A DNA stretch of 14,879 bases, from positions 1 through 14,879 of the forward strand of contig PRDJ01000011.1 in assembly GCA_003345555.1 (NCBI GenBank). Reading direction: 5' to 3'. The DNA comes from Candidatus Thorarchaeota archaeon. Lineage in GTDB: Archaea; Asgardarchaeota; Thorarchaeia; Thorarchaeales; Thorarchaeaceae. Positions 1-6,375 of this stretch are shown here, piece by piece. Position numbers and translations under genes: made by a program. The notes beneath the pieces are model-generated. The model searched no databases. It saw only the letters and a list, made by a program, of their open reading frames with translations, and had not been told where the DNA came from. Numbering within the stretch: position 1 is the first letter of the stretch; each line of letters opens with the position of its first letter.

Positions 1-242
1 ACTGCCTCCTTCATATCAATGACACCCTTAATGCGGCGCAGCGTAGAATCGATTTCTTCCTGAGTAATCTTGCCTTTCTTGAGACCTCTCTCAAGGTCAC
101 CCTTGATAGTGGCAATACCTTTGTCAATGAACTTCTGCTCGATGTCTCGCATTTTGACATCGTATCCGGCTCGAGCGCAGACGTGGGCAATGCCATTGCC
201 CATCTGACCTGCCCCAAGCACAGCTATCTTCTTGACTTCCAT
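1..242 (-). CDS. 3-hydroxyacyl-CoA / 3-hydroxybutyryl-CoA dehydrogenase, N-terminal NAD-binding part (3' end outside window)
   Basis: Manual translation from ATG at 242: MEVKKIAVLGAGQMGNGIAHVCARAGYDVKMRDIEQKFIDKGIATIKGDLERGLKKGKITQEEIDSTLRRIKGVIDMKEA. It has the Rossmann GxGxMG motif and the 3HCDH_N pattern, with a GTGAGG RBS-like sequence upstream. The frame is open to the window edge. Confidence 0.92.
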   Translation of the reverse strand, partial: MEVKKIAVLGAGQMGNGIAHVCARAGYDVKMRDIEQKFIDKGIATIKGDLERGLKKGKITQEEIDSTLRRIKGVIDMKEA

Positions 243-295
243 CGTCGCCGTCCTCACAATCGTTATTTGGTGGCCGACTTGTCCATTCTCCTTCG

Positions 296-301
296 TAATA
301 T
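296..301 (-). promoter_or_regulatory. TATA-like element (aagcATATTA) upstream of the dehydrogenase
   Basis: AT-rich hexamer 54 nt upstream of the ATG; similar WTATTA hexamers precede three other units in the window. Confidence 0.3.
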
Positions 302-418
302 GCTTGACTGTCAGCTGTCATCCATGCTCTTTGGTCCTAGGTAGCGTCATGCGACCCCGTTCTGTGTTCCCTTGATGTGACTTCATCTTATAATGGAATA
401 CGAAGATTGTCAACCCAT

Positions 419-615
419 ATGAGATGGCGGCCAAGAACTCGCTCACCAGATTGTGGGCTGAGGTTCAAGGCCTTACCGACTGGGCCTGAGGTGCCGCCTA
501 GCATTTCTCTCTCATCTTCGGCGGCCCTCGTGAGCAAAACACGGGGGCTGCTCTCCGTGAGGTTGCTGACGTGCATAAGCAAATAACTGCCAGACACCGG
601 CTCGAGACGGAGCAG
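419..615 (+). ncRNA. Candidate structured RNA / 5' leader upstream of the MFS gene (family unassigned)
   Basis: Stems seen by eye: 419-424/510-515, 426-431/493-498, hairpin GCTCAC/GTGGGC (441-458), hairpin AGGCC/GGCCT (469-487), 13-bp hairpin 520-532/540-552 with three G-U pairs, and 553-558/607-612. The G-U pairs only work on the plus strand. TTATAA at 388-393 lies about 26 nt upstream. Confidence 0.3.
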
Positions 616-689
616 GATTCTTATCCCCATCGCAGTGCTCTTGAGTCCAATAGAACCGCTCGAAGCGAACCGGGAGAATAGAAATCAAG

Positions 690-2189
690 ATGAGGCTAAC
701 GGCTCGATTCTTTGGCTTGAAGGATTCGCCCCCCGCTATTCTTGGCATGGCGAGAGTGATGGGAGTCTTTCTTCCATTGGTGGCTGCTACCGTCACCTTC
801 TCTACGACTTTCTATGTGATCTTCGTCGCCGAAGCCTTGGGCAAAGGCAGCTACATTCAGGGAATGGCACTCATCGGTCCGCTTATTGTAGTGCAATTGG
901 CAGTTCAGACTGCATTGGACTACCCGACAGGCAGTGTAGGAGATTGGATTGGACAGCGTTTCATACTATCGACTGCATTTGTACTCTATGCAGTCACTTT
1001 CTATTTGATATCACAGGTCACCTACGACACTCCCTACTTGCTTCTCGTCGCAATATATGCCATTCAAGGAGTGGCTGATGCTCAGCAGAGTGGTGCTTGG
1101 GGAGCGTGGTTCGATAACAACTACAGAGTAGCAGTTCCAAAGGACACTGATCGAAAACAGTACGGGGTTATGCAGGGTAGAATCGGCATGCTCTTTCAGA
1201 TTGTCTCTACGCTCTCGCTTATCCCGGGCAGTGTCATGGCTTTGATTTACGGCAGGACCTGGGTATTCCAGTTGCAGTCTGTGCTATGTGTGATAATTGC
1301 CATATCCCTTCTCTATGTTCTCCGTGACCTGCCAGAGGTTAGGGGGAGTCGGTCAGAGAGACCGTCTACCAAGGAGTATGGCTCGATTCTAAAGTCGGGA
1401 GTCAGTTATCTGGTGGATAATCCGTTCCTCAAGTATGTTGTATTTGGATCCATGCTAGCGTCGAGCTCAATCATAGTTTGGGGAAATCTCATACTGTTTC
1501 CGATGTACTATCTGTACTTGCTCACGGACGTGGCAGTAGCGTCTTTCAGAACTCTACTGTTCATCCCCGGGGTCTTCTCTCAAGGTGTATCAGGCACCTG
1601 GTCCAGAAGGTTTGAACCGAAAAAATGGATACCTAGATTCAGGATTATTCAGACCTGCGGGTTTGTCTTTTTCTTTGTATTCGCGACAATTATGTTCCTG
1701 CTGCCACCTTCAACCGACGCCACAATGGTTCAGCTATTCATACCTTTCACAAGCATTCCAGTCATTCAAATACCATCTAACAACGCGGTTCCTTTGCTCA
1801 TTATATTCATGACCTTCGTCTCGACCAGCTTCTTCGGTGGGTTCGCCGACATACTAACTCAGCGTATCGTTATAGATGCCATACCCAACCGAATCCGGAA
1901 CAGCATGTACTCACTTCAACCAGCCATTGCCACGATTCTGGCTATGCCACAGATTGCGCTGTTTGGATGGTTAACGGCCATATGGGGCTTTTCTCTTACA
2001 CTGTTTTCCTGCGGCCTGATCTCATTCATCGGAGTGGTGATGATACGGAAAGGAATGAAGTTCCCACGTCCAGTTGTAGCTGATGTAAGTGCTCCCGTTG
2101 CGCCCTCACGCAAAGAGCAGGGCGATTCACCAATAACGACTGCATCAACACAGGCAGACCCTGACCCGTCTGACACAACTTCCAAATAG
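690..2189 (+). CDS. Major facilitator superfamily (MFS) transporter
   Basis: 499 aa with about 12 hydrophobic segments in two halves, an MFS motif A-like loop DYPTGSVGDWIGQR, a central hydrophilic loop and a low-complexity C-tail. Substrate not inferable; the start could be ATG 747. Confidence 0.88.
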   Translation: MRLTARFFGLKDSPPAILGMARVMGVFLPLVAATVTFSTTFYVIFVAEALGKGSYIQGMALIGPLIVVQLAVQTALDYPTGSVGDWIGQRFILSTAFVLYAVTFYLISQVTYDTPYLLLVAIYAIQGVADAQQSGAWGAWFDNNYRVAVPKDTDRKQYGVMQGRIGMLFQIVSTLSLIPGSVMALIYGRTWVFQLQSVLCVIIAISLLYVLRDLPEVRGSRSERPSTKEYGSILKSGVSYLVDNPFLKYVVFGSMLASSSIIVWGNLILFPMYYLYLLTDVAVASFRTLLFIPGVFSQGVSGTWSRRFEPKKWIPRFRIIQTCGFVFFFVFATIMFLLPPSTDATMVQLFIPFTSIPVIQIPSNNAVPLLIIFMTFVSTSFFGGFADILTQRIVIDAIPNRIRNSMYSLQPAIATILAMPQIALFGWLTAIWGFSLTLFSCGLISFIGVVMIRKGMKFPRPVVADVSAPVAPSRKEQGDSPITTASTQADPDPSDTTSK

Positions 2190-2245
2190 AATGCGTCTGC
2201 AGAATGCCGCCTTGCTGCGCTTGGACAGATGTAATCAAGACAAGG

Positions 2246-2251
2246 TTATTA
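2246..2251 (+). promoter_or_regulatory. TATA-like element (aaggTTATTA)
   Basis: Purine-rich BRE-like bases followed by TTATTA in the spacer upstream of the zinc-ribbon gene. Confidence 0.35.
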
Positions 2252-2342
2252 TCTGTTGATTCGGATACGTGGAGTGGTGATTTGTCTGTCAGAGCGTCCA
2301 GGTTTCATGACTGTATCCTTCTCAGATTCTGGTCTAACGACA

Positions 2343-3038
2343 ATGGGTTATGAGAAGAAGATGATACGTGAAGACGATGTCAAGTTCGGAGACGAAGACG
2401 GCATCTTAGAACTGACTGACGTTCGACTTGTCTGGTATAAGAAGCCCGGCAAGTCCATCAAGAAGTTTGCCGCCCTTGCGGGGGCTGTGGCTGGTGCAGC
2501 ATTGCTAGAAGGCATAGGAAGCCGCGCTGGAGGAATCGGAGGTCATGCAATGAGGAGTGTTGGCAGAGGATTGGGTGCAGCTGCCGTTTTTTCTGCAGTA
2601 TCCTCATGGACCCAAGACTCATTTGTCAACAAGGACGCGAACGGACGTGCTCAGAGCATTGCGCTTCCTCTCGTGGCGTTTTCTCAGGCGCAGGCTATGG
2701 GCAAGACGCTCGTTCTGCCTTTGAAGAGCGGAGGGGACATGCGCTTTGAATTCAAGCATGACAAAGTCATCCCTGCGTTCATGGCCAACATCAACTCTGC
2801 ACAGCAAGAAGGGAAGTGCCCCTATTGTGGAGCACCATCTAGAGGGCTTTCTTCGTGCTCTCAGTGTGGTGCACCTTTGCAGGGTGGAGGCGGCGGTCCT
2901 GCTCAGAGAGGACCCGTAGGAGGCACAACAATCACAATAACAGGGCAACCGACCGAGCGTGGCGGTTTCTGTCCCAACTGTGGGCAGCCTGTCCGTCCCG
3001 GTGCTAGTTTCTGTGATAGATGCGGGCAAAGGCTGTAA
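2343..3038 (+). CDS. PH-like (bPH/GLUE-type) domain split by a Gly/Ala-rich segment, with two C-terminal zinc ribbons
   Basis: GILELTDVRLVWY and SIALPL...RFEF...final helix resemble the two halves of a PH-like fold. C-terminal CPYC..CSQC and CPNC..CDRC are joined by a poly-Gly linker. Start uncertain (2256, 2307 or 2343). Confidence 0.75.
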   Translation: MGYEKKMIREDDVKFGDEDGILELTDVRLVWYKKPGKSIKKFAALAGAVAGAALLEGIGSRAGGIGGHAMRSVGRGLGAAAVFSAVSSWTQDSFVNKDANGRAQSIALPLVAFSQAQAMGKTLVLPLKSGGDMRFEFKHDKVIPAFMANINSAQQEGKCPYCGAPSRGLSSCSQCGAPLQGGGGGPAQRGPVGGTTITITGQPTERGGFCPNCGQPVRPGASFCDRCGQRL

Positions 3039-3048
3039 TATCAAACCA

Positions 3049-3092
3049 ATGGACTGGGCAGGTGAATAGCCTGTCCATCATTTCTTTCTCTT
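3049..3092 (+). terminator. Hairpin plus pyrimidine/T tract between convergent genes
   Basis: ATGGAC (3049-3054)/GTCCAT (3073-3078) with an inner GGC/GCC, followed by TTTCTTTCTCTT, starting 10 nt after the stop at 3038. Confidence 0.5.
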
Positions 3093-3147
3093 AGGTAAGC
3101 AAAGGTTCATGTACGAGATTGCCTGAATCCTATTGGTTTCGGCATTC

Positions 3148-3906
3148 TTATCGAAAGATGTCTTCCGTCTTTGGACGAGGGATGTCCCGGCCATGCTCAC
3201 TGCCGTCTTCGTATCCGTAACCCCTTATGACAATGACAGGAGTCCCTTCGCCTGCTTCTCCCATTACGTGTTCAGCGGCAGCCGCAATCTCATCTACCTG
3301 ACAGACCGTTGACCTCTCTATCACTCTGCCATAGAGGTCGGTTTTCCCCTTATTGAACTTGAAAGCACTGATGCCAGCACATCCTATCGCCAGATTGACA
3401 GACCCTTTTCGCCAAGGTCTGCCTTGAGTATCAGATATGATTACAGCAAGCTTGTGAAGGCCTGTTCGATGCAGTAACGATTCCCGTATGCGCTGAGCAC
3501 TGGCATCCGGATTCAAGGGAAGAAGGACATACCCGCCTGCCGGTGCGTTTGAATGGTCCACGCCACTGAAGTTGCACACCAAGCCATACAGCGTTTCTGT
3601 TATCAACACGCGTTCAGTTCGAAGAACCTCACGGCTCTCCCTGAGAGCCAGCTCGACTTGAAATGGATCGAACCCGTTACGCCCGGCAAGGTCCTTTGCC
3701 TTCTCTGAAAGCTGAATGTCTTTCTGGTCCACGACCCTACCCTCTGCCTTGGACACTAGTGTATGTGATATGACGAGCGCATCTCCATCTCTCAACGGAG
3801 TCTTCTGCCGACTGAGAGCAGATATCAAGAGCTCAGCAATGTCGGCAGGACCGTCAATCACAGGTATGCCTAGAACTGCGAAGACCTTGACCTTCTTAGC
3901 ACTCAT
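3148..3906 (-). CDS. cofE: Coenzyme F420-0:L-glutamate ligase
   Basis: 252 aa from ATG 3906 (MSAKKVKVFAVLGIPVI). CofE motifs: DALVISHTLVSKAEGR, SGVDHSN, LLPLNPDASA, VIISDTQGRPWRKG, DLYGR, VDEIAAAAEHVMGEAGEGTPVIVIRG. The first 35 aa of the track ORF look non-coding. Confidence 0.95.
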   Translation of the reverse strand: MSAKKVKVFAVLGIPVIDGPADIAELLISALSRQKTPLRDGDALVISHTLVSKAEGRVVDQKDIQLSEKAKDLAGRNGFDPFQVELALRESREVLRTERVLITETLYGLVCNFSGVDHSNAPAGGYVLLPLNPDASAQRIRESLLHRTGLHKLAVIISDTQGRPWRKGSVNLAIGCAGISAFKFNKGKTDLYGRVIERSTVCQVDEIAAAAEHVMGEAGEGTPVIVIRGYGYEDGSEHGRDIPRPKTEDIFR

Positions 3907-4046
3907 TGTCGGGGGCTCAGACGGAATGGGGAAACATGCTCGGAAAAGGCTGTCTATATTAGCCACAAGGCACATACGTGGAGTTGAGGTCCTGGCGACA
4001 AGATACCCCATTCACTGTTTCGGTGTCAGCCCCCGGACGTATGACT
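3904..4046 (-). ncRNA. Candidate structured RNA with H/ACA-like geometry immediately upstream of cofE
   Basis: Two nested perfect 8-bp inverted repeats (3910-3917/4028-4035 and 3924-3931/4006-4013) flank a 14+6 nt internal loop. On the minus strand ACA (3909-3907) follows the lower stem, 14 nt from the upper stem. Confidence 0.4.
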
Positions 4047-4069
4047 AACGCCGGGGAACAACGGGAAAG

Positions 4070-4075
4070 TAATAA
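4070..4075 (-). promoter_or_regulatory. TATA-like element (gcatTTATTA), putative promoter of the structured RNA/cofE transcript
   Basis: TTATTA on the minus strand; archaeal spacing would put the TSS near 4046-4040. It could instead serve top6B on the plus strand (AATAAA). Confidence 0.35.
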
Positions 4076-4185
4076 ATGCACATCGAGGGACTCACGGGCC
4101 AGATAACCCATTCCAGCATTCCGAACTAAACACGTTCATTTGTTGAACACAAGCTATCATGACCCACGATATTGTACTTCGTCTC

Positions 4186-4191
4186 GAGGTG
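4186..4191 (+). promoter_or_regulatory. Ribosome-binding site of top6B
   Basis: GAGGTG 6 nt upstream of the TTG at 4198; matches the archaeal SD consensus GGAGGTGA. Confidence 0.7.
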
Positions 4192-4197
4192 GATTGA

Positions 4198-6375
4198 TTG
4201 ACTTCAAAGGAGAAGATTTCCGCAGGAAAGAAAGCCAAGAAGGGCGAAAAGGGCAAGACTGCAAAGACAGCAGGTCCACGGAAAACCGCAAGGAGGACCG
4301 TCGCCACGAAGGCGCCAAAGAAGCCTGTGAAGGAAAAGAAGGTAAGAAAGACCGCCCGCGCAAGACGTGTGAGGAAGTCTGTACCTACAAAGAGTGCACC
4401 AGCGGTCGAAGTCACCACCGAAGAGTCGGGCGAGATCCGACAAGGTACAATTGCAAAGTTCATGCGAAAGCGGACACAGCTTGTCGGCTTCGAGACCGGG
4501 CTCAACAAACACACTCAATATGCGATTGAGTTCCTAGACAATTCAGCTGATGCACTTGAAAGCATGTGGTGGAAACTCGACAGGAAACCAAGACTAAGCG
4601 ACCAACTCGACCCGAAACTGGCGGAGGAAGTCAAGGAGAGATTCAAGGATCAGCTATCGGACACAATCGCGTTTAGCAAGAAAATCGAGAAGGATACTCG
4701 AGATGGAAAGGCTGTTGAGATACCACCAAGACCTAAGGAGAACCTCGAAGCACACCTGACCCGATTCAGGAAATTCCTTGTGCCGTTTAGAAGCTTTATC
4801 ACAAGGCATGAGCCGCTGATAGTAATTCAAGTGACAGAGGTGCTGATGCCCGACCTGGTACCTGTAGACGATGAAGAGGGATTCAAGGTCTACGAGTTCA
4901 TATGTCTTGACACGGGTATTGGCATGGTGCCCGCAGACCTAGAGAAGTTCGGCATCTACCTAGCATCCAGCAAGTCAGAGCATCTCAAACAGACCAGAGG
5001 AAGTCAGGGCTTTGGTGCACCATCTGCCTTTAGTGATGCGCAGAATACGACTGGAAAGCCGATGTTCGTGGTCACAAAGAGATACAATAGCGACAAGTCA
5101 ACAGTCGCGGAGTTCTATACGACCACCGCTAACACGAAGGAGTATGTGAATGGTCCCCTCGAGATGGACCTCCCTTTGGAGCACGGCACATACATCAAAC
5201 TCTACTATCTCAATATCCAGTACAAACGAGGCTACGCAGACATGTATGCTGAGATGGCTTCTTTGCTGGACCCTCATATCACAATTGTGTTCATAGACCC
5301 TTACGGTGAGATACATATGTACCCGCGTCGGGTCAGTGTCTTCCCAGACGAACCGAAGTATGCCCAAGCTCATCCTGCGAGCATAAGAGTAGGGGAGTTC
5401 CAGGATCTGCTTCGTGAGACTACAGAAAAGGACCTTCAAGGATTCCTGACAAGAGGCTTCTGCAGGCTGAGCTCAAACAAAGCCAATGCGATTTTAGAGA
5501 AGACAAACAAGGAACTAAGGATTCGCAAGCTCGATGCGATAAGCGGTCGGACCCCTACCGATTCATTATCGAAGACAGAGACAGAATTCCTGTACAAATC
5601 GTTCTCAAGTGAAGAATACATCGCTCCACCAACTGATACTGTTGTCCCTGTGGGAGAGGAAGTATTCGAGAGGACCATCAAGTCGGCATTCAAGCCGGAA
5701 TTTGCGGCAGCAATCACAAGGAAGCCTTGCTCGGGTAAGGGGTTGTCATTTGCCGTCGAGGCCTGTATAGCTTATGGTGGCGACATAAAACCTGCATCAT
5801 CTGCCAATGCGGTACTCTGGAGATATGTCAACAGGGTTCCGAAGCTTAGAGACAACAGTGACTGTGCCATGTGGAAGGCAACTGCTTCGGTCAATTGGAA
5901 GAACTACAAGCTTGATTCATTTGATAACGGGATACCAAGAGGACCTGTCATGCTCTTCATACACGTGTGCGGCGCGTACGTACATGTTATGTTCAAAGGA
6001 AAGAGCAAGCAGGCTCTCGCCGAAGATGAAGTACTGATCAGAGAAATCAAACTCGCCCTTGAAGATGCAGGGAGGAAATTCAGGTCCTTCATAACAAAAC
6101 GAGATACTGCACAGCGGAAGGCGAAGAGAGCTGGTATTCTGGCCATGTATGCAGACCAGTTCGCTCATAGTCTCGTTACAGTCGCAAACGATGGCAAACG
6201 AAAGAAGCAGTTTGACGCTGAAGTTGTTGCACAGAAGCTGAGGGATGCTATCTCAGGATTCGAACTCGAGGCAGATGAAGAGGAGGTTGGTGTGGATGTT
6301 CTCGGTGAAGAGATACTATCAGATTCCTCTGCCAGCGGAGATGAAGGCTTCTCTTCTGGGGGCAAGGATGAGTAG
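4198..6375 (+). CDS. top6B: DNA topoisomerase VI subunit B (GHKL ATPase) with basic N-tail, GHKL insertion and acidic C-tail
   Basis: 725 aa. N-box IEFLDNSADA (E111, N115), G1 DTGIG (D238), ATP-lid/G2 QTRGSQGFG, HGTYIKL, H2TH region (FCRLSSNKA...LSKTETEFL), YIAPPTDTVVPVGEE, and transducer RYVNRVP and FKGKSKQALA (switch Lys). Confidence 0.93.
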   Translation: MTSKEKISAGKKAKKGEKGKTAKTAGPRKTARRTVATKAPKKPVKEKKVRKTARARRVRKSVPTKSAPAVEVTTEESGEIRQGTIAKFMRKRTQLVGFETGLNKHTQYAIEFLDNSADALESMWWKLDRKPRLSDQLDPKLAEEVKERFKDQLSDTIAFSKKIEKDTRDGKAVEIPPRPKENLEAHLTRFRKFLVPFRSFITRHEPLIVIQVTEVLMPDLVPVDDEEGFKVYEFICLDTGIGMVPADLEKFGIYLASSKSEHLKQTRGSQGFGAPSAFSDAQNTTGKPMFVVTKRYNSDKSTVAEFYTTTANTKEYVNGPLEMDLPLEHGTYIKLYYLNIQYKRGYADMYAEMASLLDPHITIVFIDPYGEIHMYPRRVSVFPDEPKYAQAHPASIRVGEFQDLLRETTEKDLQGFLTRGFCRLSSNKANAILEKTNKELRIRKLDAISGRTPTDSLSKTETEFLYKSFSSEEYIAPPTDTVVPVGEEVFERTIKSAFKPEFAAAITRKPCSGKGLSFAVEACIAYGGDIKPASSANAVLWRYVNRVPKLRDNSDCAMWKATASVNWKNYKLDSFDNGIPRGPVMLFIHVCGAYVHVMFKGKSKQALAEDEVLIREIKLALEDAGRKFRSFITKRDTAQRKAKRAGILAMYADQFAHSLVTVANDGKRKKQFDAEVVAQKLRDAISGFELEADEEEVGVDVLGEEILSDSSASGDEGFSSGGKDE

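Noticed and set aside
420-472. Resemblance to the fluoride (crcB) riboswitch (GAGATGGC...GC-hairpin-GCTGA)
   Set aside because: It lacks the conserved GCUGAUGA 3' segment, the P1-P3 linker and a clean pseudoknot, and the downstream gene is not a fluoride exporter.
459-475. tRNA T-arm-like hairpin TGAGG-TTCAAGG-CCTTA
   Set aside because: No matching acceptor, D or anticodon arms at tRNA spacing.
388-630. 80-aa minus-strand ORF (MGIRILLRLEP...)
   Set aside because: No recognisable motif or RBS, and it overlaps a region better explained by plus-strand RNA structure. It cannot be fully excluded without a homology search.
345-690. Possible RNase P or SRP RNA in the long spacer (ACAGAACGGGG on -, GGAGCAG on +)
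   Set aside because: No GAGGAAAGUCC-type CR-I and no CAGG-stem-GNRA-stem-AGCAG helix 8 on either strand.
3907-4011. 35-aa N-terminal extension of the cofE ORF in the track
   Set aside because: CofE homology starts at M36 (ATG 3906); the extension reads through the structured non-coding region.
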